Assembly (NCBI GenBank): GCA_963696385.1
Contig: CAVOKF010000006.1
Span: 288,001-352,000, forward strand
DNA from: an uncultured delta proteobacterium
GTDB lineage: Bacteria > Myxococcota_A > Polyangia > Polyangiales > Polyangiaceae
DNA length: 64,000 nt
Direction: 5' to 3'
Shown here piece by piece: positions 1 to 8,491 of the stretch. Within the stretch, counting starts at the first letter, position 1. Each line of letters starts with the position of its first letter. Under the pieces are notes generated by a model, which did not search any database, was not told the origin of the DNA, and saw only the letters and a program-made list of their open reading frames with translations. A program made the position numbers and the translations under genes.

Positions 1-249
1 GGCGCCTTGTCCCCCGCCGGCGTCGGCTGTCGCACTCGAGCCGTCCGATCCCTCGCTGCCGGATCCGTCCTGCGCGGTGGCGTTGGCCGTTCCGTCTTCC
101 TGTGCGTCTGTGCTGTCGATCGGCCCGCCGGCCTCGCTTTCGACGGCCAGGCTCGCTCCGTCGAACCGGTCGAGGCCGAGCAGTGCGCTACAGCCCCACA
201 GTGCGCTGCCGGCAAGCCCCAGAAGAAGCGTTGGAAGCGAGCGCCTCAT
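1..249 (-). CDS. Lipoprotein, 5' part only (runs off the window edge)
   Basis: Not in ORF track. Manual translation MRRSLPTLLLGLAGSALWGCSALLGLDRFDG...; lipobox LWGC; GAGGA upstream; open to position 1. Confidence 0.75.
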   Translation of the reverse strand, partial: MRRSLPTLLLGLAGSALWGCSALLGLDRFDGASLAVESEAGGPIDSTDAQEDGTANATAQDGSGSEGSDGSSATADAGGGQGA

Positions 250-418
250 CGCCGTTCGCTTTCCTCTTGCGTCCACGGCGCGTTGCCGCGCGCCGTCGTG
301 CGCCCGAGGATCTCCACCGCAAGCCGTGGTCCTGATCCGCGTGATCGTGACGAAGAGCACGTGCCCATGCTGATCGGGAAGTACGTCGCATGTGCCGCGT
401 CGCTTTAGGGCCTTCGTA

Positions 419-520
419 GGGGGCTTGCCGAATCCGCGCTGGAGCGGTGCCTTGGTCGTGGGTCTCGTCGTCCAGCGTGAGCCGCGGTCGGGGGCTTGCC
501 GAATCCGCTGGAGCGGTGCC
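419..520. repeat. Imperfect ~31-33 bp direct repeat in divergent intergenic region
   Basis: gggggcttgccgaatccgcgctggagcggtgcc (419-451) and gggggcttgccgaatccgctggagcggtgcc (490-520). Confidence 0.85.
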
Positions 521-645
521 CCCCGAACGTGGGCGGGCGTAACCAGGTCGCTTCGACTTGCGTAATCGGGCAGGACAGACTGCGATCCGGAAATGTCGGT
601 GCGACCGGCCGCTTACGGCCGACCCGATCGGACCGAAAGGCCACC

Positions 646-1662
646 ATGCGAACCCAAGACACCTACGCTACACTCGTGCTCATGTGCTTGTCGGCGGCGG
701 GATGCCGGGTCTCTTCAGCCGCTCCGGCCGAGCCGCAGGGCAGCGCGAATGCGCCCACCGCCGGGCGGGCTGGTTCACCCGCCCCTGCCGTTTCGGCCAG
801 CAAGTACGTGAAGCCGGCGCGCGAGCAGTTGCGGCGCAAGCTCACGCCCATTCAATTCGAAGTGAGCCAAAACGACGCGACCGAGCCGCCGTTCCACAAC
901 GAGTTCTGGGACAATCACGCACCCGGAATTTACGTCGACGTCGCGACCGGAGAGCCGCTCTTCAGTTCGCTCGACAAATTCGAATCGGGCACGGGGTGGC
1001 CGAGCTTCACGCGACCGATTGAGGACGGTCGCGTCGTGTCTCGCTCGGACACGAGCCTCGGCATGGCGCGCACGGAGGTCCGATCGAGCGCCGGCGATTC
1101 GCATCTCGGACACGTCTTCGACGACGGCCCCCCCCCGACCGGGCTGCGCTATTGCATCAATTCGGCGTCGCTGCGCTTCGTACCGCTCGACCGTCTGGCG
1201 GCCGAGGGCTACGGCGCGTACGGGAGTCGCTTCGCGGGTCCGGTGCCGGAGAGCGCCGTTGCCGCGTCGACGACCAACGCCTGCGCCACGCCGCCGGCGG
1301 GCGCGCAACCAGGCTGTGCGGCGACGCTCGACACGGCGCTTCTCGGCGGCGGCCGAAAGACACGAGACGCGCTGATGTCGCTTCCAGGCGTCCTCGAGGT
1401 GGAGTCGGGGACCGTGGCGCGCTCGGAGGCCCTTCGCGTCGTGTTCGACCCGAAGCAGATCGGGTACGGTGAACTGCTCGAGAAGTGGGCGCGCACCGAA
1501 GCGGGCGACGCCACCGCGACCCGATCGGTTTACGTCGCCACCGACGACCAACGGCGTATCGCCGAGGACTGGACGACGCGAGCAGGCCGATCCGCCGCGC
1601 GGCACGCCCCCATCGTCGTCCAAGCGGCCAACCTGACCGCGTTCGTCCCCACGCACCCCTGA
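646..1662 (+). CDS. msrB: Exported peptide-methionine (R)-S-oxide reductase MsrB with degenerate C-terminal MsrA-like domain
   Basis: Motifs [32 protein letters not shown]; lipobox-like SAAGC; ATG at 646. Confidence 0.9.
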   Translation: MRTQDTYATLVLMCLSAAGCRVSSAAPAEPQGSANAPTAGRAGSPAPAVSASKYVKPAREQLRRKLTPIQFEVSQNDATEPPFHNEFWDNHAPGIYVDVATGEPLFSSLDKFESGTGWPSFTRPIEDGRVVSRSDTSLGMARTEVRSSAGDSHLGHVFDDGPPPTGLRYCINSASLRFVPLDRLAAEGYGAYGSRFAGPVPESAVAASTTNACATPPAGAQPGCAATLDTALLGGGRKTRDALMSLPGVLEVESGTVARSEALRVVFDPKQIGYGELLEKWARTEAGDATATRSVYVATDDQRRIAEDWTTRAGRSAARHAPIVVQAANLTAFVPTHP

Positions 1663-1784
1663 CGGACCGGGCGGGTCGCGCACCCCTCGGCACCGCCGTA
1701 TCGCGCATCCGCCGCGCACGAACGACCTCGGGACGTCGATCCGTGTTCTTCCGATGAGGCGGCAAAGCCGACTCGTCGCCGATC

Positions 1785-2594
1785 CTATTCGGGTGGGTCG
1801 GGTTGAACCGCGATCGCCCTTCGGAACCTCTCGGGGGATTGAAAGAGACGGTCCAGCGCCAACCAGGAAAGGTCGGCCAGAGGACCGCGTTGACGGCCGA
1901 GTACCGACTGCAGGAACACCGCTTCGCGCAGCAACGGGGTCAAATCGGCTGCGCATCGCGCTTGCCAGGCCGGTTCGTCGAGATCCTCTTTTTTGACCGC
2001 CGCTTCGAAGTCGACGAGGACGACTTCCAAAGGCGAAGGGCACACGACGAGGTTGTGCAACTCGGCGTCGCCGTGAGCGAGCCCGGCGTCGTGAAGTGTG
2101 GAAATTTGCTTCAGCGCGCTGGCCGCGAACCCCCACAATCCGGCGGCCGATGCGAGCGGTACTTTCTGCGCGACCCGCAGATTGGCTTCTTCCGGGTCGA
2201 CCCCGAACGGCGAAAGGCGCTGATACGGGCGGCCTGGAGCGAGGCAACTGCGAAAGACCTTCTCGGCGAATCCGATGGGCGGTGGCAGGCCGAGGATGCC
2301 GCTCGCCAACGTCTGATTCTCGAACTCTTTCGCGGTATCGCCGTGCAGTCGCGCGGCGAAGTAGGTTTTACGAAAGTGCAGAGGATACGTGATCGACAAG
2401 GGATGCCGTTCGCGCGTTTCTCGTCCGGCGATGACAATCTCGGCCGACATGAGCGGCAGGCCGTTCGCCTCTCGCCGTGCGATCGTGCGCACGACGTAGT
2501 CGCTCTGCTGGGGACGATCGACCAGGCCGACCAACTCTCGAGCGAGCCTCACCGAGTGCTGGGGAGATACGTTCACGAGCCGTTCGTCATCCAT
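1785..2594 (-). CDS. Atypical protein-kinase-like (RIO/Kdo/APH-like) phosphotransferase
   Basis: LHDAGLAHGDAELHNLVV catalytic loop and VLVDFE metal loop; start MDDERL 17 bp after the TolC stop. Confidence 0.65.
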   Translation of the reverse strand: MDDERLVNVSPQHSVRLARELVGLVDRPQQSDYVVRTIARREANGLPLMSAEIVIAGRETRERHPLSITYPLHFRKTYFAARLHGDTAKEFENQTLASGILGLPPPIGFAEKVFRSCLAPGRPYQRLSPFGVDPEEANLRVAQKVPLASAAGLWGFAASALKQISTLHDAGLAHGDAELHNLVVCPSPLEVVLVDFEAAVKKEDLDEPAWQARCAADLTPLLREAVFLQSVLGRQRGPLADLSWLALDRLFQSPERFRRAIAVQPDPPE

Positions 2595-2611
2595 CGAAAA
2601 CGGCACCCGCG

Positions 2612-4075
2612 TCACCACGGACACGTCGACAGCGCCATGACCGCCGCCAGACGCGCTTTGACCTCTCCGAACTCTGCCACGACCAGGCTCTGCTCGGCTT
2701 CGCGGTGCGCCTCCGATGCCGTCACCAAATCGACGCTGGTGCCCTGCCCGCGGAAGTAGAGGGTCTGCGTCATCTGGTCGTTCTGTGCCGCGAGGTCGCG
2801 CTGCTCGAGGGCGACCCTGTAGGACACTTCGGCCACTTCGATTCCACGTTGCGCTTGCTCCACCTGAATGAGGGCTTGGCGCCGGAGCGTCTCGAGCGTC
2901 TGGGCGGCGATGTCCTCGGCGGCCCGCTGACTCTTGATCGTTCCGAGACGCGTCCCTCCGTCGAAAATGGGGACGGAAAAGGCGGCTCCGATGCTCCACG
3001 TGGGATTCGGGTACCCGTTGCTGACAGCGGACGTTGCACTCAACGTGCTTTGCCCGGTGACGACGGGGATGAAAGAATACCAGGTATTTCGGAGATTGCG
3101 CTTGGCAACCTCCAAGTTGATGCGCGCCGCGTGGATGTCCGGCCTCTGGTCGACGGTCTGGACGACACGGCACGAGCGGATGGCCTCCTCGGTAACTCCG
3201 TTGACGTTCATGTCATGGGAGACGCCGATTTCCTCGGGAATCCCGACTGTCAGTCCCAGGGCCTCTCGGGCTTGACGGAGCGCCTCGTCGCCGTTGACCA
3301 GCGATACGCGCGCGTTGGCAGCGTTTTGCTTGGCCCGCACGACGTCGAGCATCGTGGCTGCGCCCAGGGCCTCCTTGCGCTTGGATAGCTCGAGCTGCTC
3401 GAGTGCGACGCGCAGACCGCTGCGGTTGATCTCGGTACTGCGCTCCGCCGTCACCACGGCCACGATCTGGTTGGCGAGGCTGAGATCGAGGGTGCGCCTC
3501 GTGTCGTCCACCGTCATTCGGCTCGAGTCTTCCATCAGCTTGTTGATGCCGATCTGGTCGAACTCCTGCACGTTGAGGAGGTCCTGCGAGAGCGTCAGAC
3601 TTCCGGCGACGACGTTGGGGATCGGGACCACGCTCGACACGGGTTCGCCGACGACGGTCTGGATGGCCGTTCTTGTGATGAGCTGATGCGAGAACGCGGC
3701 GTTGGCGCAGCCCCCAGGAGCCGAGCTGCCTCCGGCGCACCCACCGAGCGACGGCAAATACTGTGCAAACGCGACGAGGGTCTGTCCTTCGGCCTGCACC
3801 ACTTGGTCGAGTGCGGTCTTGAGATTGGTGGAACGCATGCGCATCAGCTGTTGCGCTTCCGCCCACGAAGTCAGGATTCGCTTCGGCGACGGAACGGGTT
3901 CGAGCATCGGGTCGTCCACCGGGGGCGGGGGCGGGACCGTCGAAGGGTCATCCGACGCCGCCGCGCTCGCGGCGGGAGACGGGGTCGGCGGCGTCGCGGA
4001 GCCCCCGGGCGTCTGGGCGAAGCCCGTGCTGGGCAGCGCCAAGACGAGAACGGCGGGGAGATAGACTTTTCGCAT
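2612..4075 (-). CDS. TolC family outer-membrane efflux protein
   Basis: Signal peptide; OEP repeats (RPDIHAAR, FSVPIFDGG, G.ATMLDV, GQGTSVDL). Confidence 0.85.
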   Translation of the reverse strand: MRKVYLPAVLVLALPSTGFAQTPGGSATPPTPSPAASAAASDDPSTVPPPPPVDDPMLEPVPSPKRILTSWAEAQQLMRMRSTNLKTALDQVVQAEGQTLVAFAQYLPSLGGCAGGSSAPGGCANAAFSHQLITRTAIQTVVGEPVSSVVPIPNVVAGSLTLSQDLLNVQEFDQIGINKLMEDSSRMTVDDTRRTLDLSLANQIVAVVTAERSTEINRSGLRVALEQLELSKRKEALGAATMLDVVRAKQNAANARVSLVNGDEALRQAREALGLTVGIPEEIGVSHDMNVNGVTEEAIRSCRVVQTVDQRPDIHAARINLEVAKRNLRNTWYSFIPVVTGQSTLSATSAVSNGYPNPTWSIGAAFSVPIFDGGTRLGTIKSQRAAEDIAAQTLETLRRQALIQVEQAQRGIEVAEVSYRVALEQRDLAAQNDQMTQTLYFRGQGTSVDLVTASEAHREAEQSLVVAEFGEVKARLAAVMALSTCPW

Positions 4076-4365
4076 GCACATTCTTTGCCATGGGGCTCTG
4101 GCAAACAACCAGGACTACCGACGAGTGGACGATTCTGACGTTCCGAACGTGGAGCCGCCCGCCCGCTCCGTATCGTGGTTCAAGCACGGTTGTGCGAGCG
4201 TGGCGCTACCCGGCCGCACTGCGACGGGGCAAACCATCCGGCAAGACCCACGGGGCGTCGAGATCGCGACCGCCGTCGCCACCGTCCCGTCCTCGAAGAA
4301 TGCGTCGCACGGGCATGGGGCCCTGATCGGCGCGCGGCGCGGCGGAGCCGTCGCCTGCAAGGCGC

Positions 4366-5175
4366 TCATGAGGAGGGTTCGAGCTGTACGGGGTTGGTCA
4401 GGCGCCCAATGCCCTCGATCTCGACGGTGACGACGTCGCCGGCCTTGAGCCAGCGGGGCGGGGTCTTGGCCATGCCGACGCCGTGCGGCGTGCCTGTGAG
4501 AATCACCGTTCCGGCGACGAGAGTGGTGCTCGCGCTCAGAAACTCGATGAGTCGGGGTACGTCGAAGATCATGTCGGCCGTGGTCCAGTCCTGTACGCGC
4601 TCTTCGTTGAGAAGCGTGGCGATTCTCAGCGCGTTGGGATTCGGGATCTCCTCGGGCGTGACGAGGCATGGGCCGAGCGGCGCGAACGTGTCGAATGTCT
4701 TTCCGCGACACCACTGACCGCCGCCCTGCCGGATCTGCCAGTCGCGCGCCGAAACGTCGTTCGCGCACGTGTATCCGAGGACGTGATCGATCGCCCGGTC
4801 GCGCGACACGTTCTTGGCCGCCCGGCCGATGACGACGGCCAGCTCGCACTCGTAATCGACCTCGTCGCTCCGCAGATGCCGAGGAATCAGGATGGGATCG
4901 CCGGGGTGCTGAGCTGCGTTGACCCCCTTCATGAAGAGAATCGGGTATTGGGGAATAACCGCGTTCGTTTCTTCGGCGTGCCTGCGGTAATTGAGGCCGA
5001 TTCCGAAAATGCCCGACGGCGCGATCGGCGCGAGCAGCTTGTCGATCTGCGCCGTTACGTTCGTCACGGCGTGCTCGCCGAAGACGTCGCCGTCGATGCG
5101 GACGGTGGCCCCGTCCGGCGCTTGGCTGCCGTAGTGAATGCGTCCGCGGGGGTCACGATACCGGACGATTCTCAT
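4366..5175 (-). CDS. Fumarylacetoacetate hydrolase family protein
   Basis: GIGLNYRRH, VDYECEL, NDVSARDWQ, GKTFDTFAPLGP, ILTGTP. Confidence 0.92.
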   Translation of the reverse strand: MRIVRYRDPRGRIHYGSQAPDGATVRIDGDVFGEHAVTNVTAQIDKLLAPIAPSGIFGIGLNYRRHAEETNAVIPQYPILFMKGVNAAQHPGDPILIPRHLRSDEVDYECELAVVIGRAAKNVSRDRAIDHVLGYTCANDVSARDWQIRQGGGQWCRGKTFDTFAPLGPCLVTPEEIPNPNALRIATLLNEERVQDWTTADMIFDVPRLIEFLSASTTLVAGTVILTGTPHGVGMAKTPPRWLKAGDVVTVEIEGIGRLTNPVQLEPSS

Positions 5176-6503
5176 GAGCGTGCCCGATTCTGCCACACGT
5201 CGCCGGTCGGGTAGATGTGGGCGTTGAGCGACGACGATTTCATGGTGATCTGGGTCCCCGGCGAGGTCGGGACGAGGTAGCGCCCGCGGCGGACGATGCA
5301 CGGGTCCACGAAATGTTCATGGAGGTGGTCGACGTACTCGACGCAGCGCTTCTCGAGCGATCCGGAGACGGCCACGTAGTCGAAAATCGAGGCGTGCTGC
5401 ACGTATTCGCACAGGCCCACGCCGCCCGCGTGCGGGCATACCGGGACGCCGAAGTGAGCCGCGAGCAGCAGAACCGCGACGACCTCGTTCACGCCGGCGA
5501 GCCGGCAAAAGTCGATCTGGCAAAATGCGATCGCCCGCGCTTGGAGCAATTGTTTGAAGACGACGCGGTTCGGGCAGTGCTCGCCCGCGGCCACGCCGAT
5601 GCCAAGGGGCTCGAGGGCGCGCGCAATGGCGGCGTGTCCGAGCACGTCGTCGGGGCTCGTGGGCTCTTCGATCCAGGTCGGCCTGCACCCGGAAAGCGCG
5701 CGAACCCATTCGATGGCCTCGGCCACGTCCCACCGCTGATTGGCGTCGAGCATGAGCGCACGATCGGCTCCGAGCTCCTCGCGTGCGATCGCCGTTCGAC
5801 GGATGTCGTCGTCCAGGTTCTGTCCCACTTTGAGCTTGAAACGGTCGAAGCCCGCCAGGACGCCCTCGCGGCACAGCCGCCGCAAGCGCTCGTCGGAGTG
5901 GCCGATCCAGCCGACCGAGGTGGTGTAGGCCGGAACGCCGCTCTCTCGAATGGCGCTTTCGCGAGCGCTTCGGGTGGGGACGAGTCGATCCAGGGCACGC
6001 GTGGCTGCTTGCGGGGTGAGCGCGTCGGTCAGGTAACGCCAATCCACCATCTCGACGATTTGCGCCGGACTCATTTCGACGAGAACCTTCCAAAGGGGCT
6101 TGTGTTCGAGCTTCGACCGCAAATCCCACATCGCGTTGACGACGGCGGCCGTGGCCATGTGCACGACGCCCTTGTCGGGCCCGAGCCAGCGCAGTTGACT
6201 GTCGCCCGTCAGCTTGCGCCAGAACCGACCGGGCGCCTCGCAAAAGTCGGAGATCGATTGACCGACGACGAGCGGGCGGAGCGCCTCCAGGGCTTTGACG
6301 ACAATCTCGGTCCCGCGACCGATCGTAAAGGTCAGCCCGTGGCCGGCGACCCCGTCGTGCCGATCCGTGTCGACGATCACGTAGGCGGCCGAGTAGTCCG
6401 GATTGGGATTCATCGCGTCGGAACCGTGCCGTTCGAGCGAGGTCGGAAACCGGACGTCGAACGCCCGAAGGCCGGTGACCGTCCCTGAGATTTCCCTCGT
6501 CAC
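5172..6503 (-). CDS. fucD: L-fuconate dehydratase (enolase superfamily)
   Basis: DVRFPTS...GSDAMNPNPDYSAAYV, WLGPDKGVVHMA, KLKVG, DANQ, EEPTSPDD, CPHAGGVGLCE; GTG start overlaps upstream stop. Confidence 0.88.
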   Translation of the reverse strand: MTREISGTVTGLRAFDVRFPTSLERHGSDAMNPNPDYSAAYVIVDTDRHDGVAGHGLTFTIGRGTEIVVKALEALRPLVVGQSISDFCEAPGRFWRKLTGDSQLRWLGPDKGVVHMATAAVVNAMWDLRSKLEHKPLWKVLVEMSPAQIVEMVDWRYLTDALTPQAATRALDRLVPTRSARESAIRESGVPAYTTSVGWIGHSDERLRRLCREGVLAGFDRFKLKVGQNLDDDIRRTAIAREELGADRALMLDANQRWDVAEAIEWVRALSGCRPTWIEEPTSPDDVLGHAAIARALEPLGIGVAAGEHCPNRVVFKQLLQARAIAFCQIDFCRLAGVNEVVAVLLLAAHFGVPVCPHAGGVGLCEYVQHASIFDYVAVSGSLEKRCVEYVDHLHEHFVDPCIVRRGRYLVPTSPGTQITMKSSSLNAHIYPTGDVWQNRARS

Positions 6504-7261
6504 TTTCCTGCGCTCCATCCGCCGTCGACCATGAGGCAGCTGCCGGTGACCATCGCCGACACGTCGGCGGCCAGGTAGAGGGCCGCAAAAGCGACCTCTT
6601 CGGGACGGGCCATCCGTCCGGTCAACTGCGTGGCGGCCATATCGCGCCAGGCCCGTTCGGGATCCGCCACTTGCGCGAGACGCTCGCGGACGAAGGGCGT
6701 TTCCACGCGGCCGGGACAGATGCAGTTGAAGCGAACGCCGGTGTGCGAATGGTCCAGGGCGAGCGCCTTGGTCAACCCGACGACGGCAAACTTCGACGTC
6801 GTGTAGGCCAAGCGATCCCGCACCGCCACGACCCCGCCCACCGAAGCCATGTTGATCACGCTGCCTCGCCCCCGATCGAGCATGGCCGGAACGAGCGCGC
6901 GCGCGCCGTTGAATACGCCCCGCACGTTCACGGCGTAGAGTCGGTCCAGGTCTTGAGCCGTGGTGGCGAGAAGATTGCCGACGTGCCCGATGCCGGCGTT
7001 GTTGACGAGCACGTCGAGTGGCCCGGTGCGTCTCGCGAGCGCCTCGACCTCGGCGGCCTCGGAGACGTCGACACGCGCCGATTCGGCGCGACCGCCGGCG
7101 GCCCGGATTCCCGCCGCGGTGGTCTCGGCACTCGCCTCGTCGCGGTCGACCGCCCAGACGGTGGCGCCTTGCTGCGCGAAGAGCTCCGCAATGGCCTTGC
7201 CGATGCCCGACCCGGCGCCCGTTACCAAAGCGGTCTTGTCGTCGATGCGAAACGGGTTCAT
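6500..7261 (-). CDS. SDR family oxidoreductase (probable 2-keto-3-deoxy-L-fuconate dehydrogenase)
   Basis: TGAGSGIG, NNAG, YTTSK; translationally coupled to fucD. Confidence 0.85.
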   Translation of the reverse strand: MNPFRIDDKTALVTGAGSGIGKAIAELFAQQGATVWAVDRDEASAETTAAGIRAAGGRAESARVDVSEAAEVEALARRTGPLDVLVNNAGIGHVGNLLATTAQDLDRLYAVNVRGVFNGARALVPAMLDRGRGSVINMASVGGVVAVRDRLAYTTSKFAVVGLTKALALDHSHTGVRFNCICPGRVETPFVRERLAQVADPERAWRDMAATQLTGRMARPEEVAFAALYLAADVSAMVTGSCLMVDGGWSAGK

Positions 7262-7365
7262 GGGCCGTCAGCGGGGCTCTCGACGTCCGCAGACTATCGC
7301 CGGCATCGCGGCGCGTCTCGTGAATCCTTTCCGGTCCGGTCGTGCGTCCGGTCCGGTCCGGGAGG

Positions 7366-8442
7366 TCATTCTGGAACGCGCGTCGCCCCTTGTTCGCTCG
7401 ACCGATAGCAAGCCTCGACGACGGCCATCGTCTTATACGCGTCTTCGACCGAAGTAGGCAGTTCGTCCGTCTCGCCGTCGGCCCGCCGCATGAGGCTCGC
7501 CATGGGGCCCACGAACGCATGCGGAAACCAGTCGCCTACGAGCGGGATCGACTCCCACGAGGGCGGCGCGGTCCCCCGGAGCTGGCAGACGTCGAGCGTG
7601 TCCGGAAGTCCGCGCGGATAGTCCAGGTTGACGCCGATGCGCGCCTTGATCGCGCCGCCCGTTCCCTCGAACTTGACGTAGCTTTCTTGGTGCGTCGGGC
7701 CGAACTCGTGGCCGTGGTTGGTCGTCACGTTTGCGCGGCGCACCTGCCCGTAATCCAGAGCGATCGCGGTCCGCGTCGACGCGAGGTTCATGTGTTTCGG
7801 ATGCTTCACGGTCTTGCAGTACACGCCTTCGGGCTCGCCGAAAAACGATCGCACCAGGTCGATGTAGTGGATGCTGTGGTACACGATCTCCATTCTCGGG
7901 ATGCCGAACAGGAAGGACCACTGTTGCCAGGGCATGTCGCACGTCACCCGGACTTCGACGTCGTGAAGTTCACCGATCGCGCCGCGATCCACGAGGGATC
8001 GCGACGCCATCATCGCGGGCGCGAAGCGGAGCTGAAAGTTCACCGCGGCCAGTAACCCCTTGCGCTCGCAAAGGTGACGGATCGCGCGCGCTTGCTCCAG
8101 GTTCTCGCCCATCGGCTTTTGAATGAGAACCGCCGAGCGATCGGGCAGCTCGGCGAGGACGCCGGCGGTCTCGGCCGCCGGCAGCGCCAGATCGAAGACC
8201 GCACGCGCGGGAGCCGTATCGATGGCCTCGGAAAGCGATCGGGCGACCTTGGGGATTCCAAAGTCCCGGGCGAGAGCCATGGCGCGTTGTTCGAGCCGAT
8301 CGTAGACGGTCGCGACGGGGAAGCCGGCAAGCCGGTAGGCCGGCAGATGCGCGTCCCGCACGATCGAGCCCGCGCCGATGCTGACGATGGGACGGATCGC
8401 GCGGGGATCGGTGACCTTCTGGACGACGTTCTGCGCATTCAT
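7366..8442 (-). CDS. Gfo/Idh/MocA family oxidoreductase
   Basis: IGAGSIV Rossmann motif, QKPM, VNFQLRF, HSIHYID. Confidence 0.88.
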   Translation of the reverse strand: MNAQNVVQKVTDPRAIRPIVSIGAGSIVRDAHLPAYRLAGFPVATVYDRLEQRAMALARDFGIPKVARSLSEAIDTAPARAVFDLALPAAETAGVLAELPDRSAVLIQKPMGENLEQARAIRHLCERKGLLAAVNFQLRFAPAMMASRSLVDRGAIGELHDVEVRVTCDMPWQQWSFLFGIPRMEIVYHSIHYIDLVRSFFGEPEGVYCKTVKHPKHMNLASTRTAIALDYGQVRRANVTTNHGHEFGPTHQESYVKFEGTGGAIKARIGVNLDYPRGLPDTLDVCQLRGTAPPSWESIPLVGDWFPHAFVGPMASLMRRADGETDELPTSVEDAYKTMAVVEACYRSSEQGATRVPE

Positions 8443-8491
8443 CGGCGACTCTCCGGGGTACGACCACCCCAAAGGCGGCACATGCCCGCGT

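Noticed and set aside
4240..4270. Region following ggggcaaacc as a c-di-GMP-I riboswitch
   Set aside because: Lacks the GAAA tetraloop and GACGCAAAGC elements and is on the wrong strand for the flanking genes
6504..7520. 782-aa ORF suggesting a long N-terminal extension on FucD
   Set aside because: The extension overlaps the SDR gene in another frame; the likely start is the GTG at 6503
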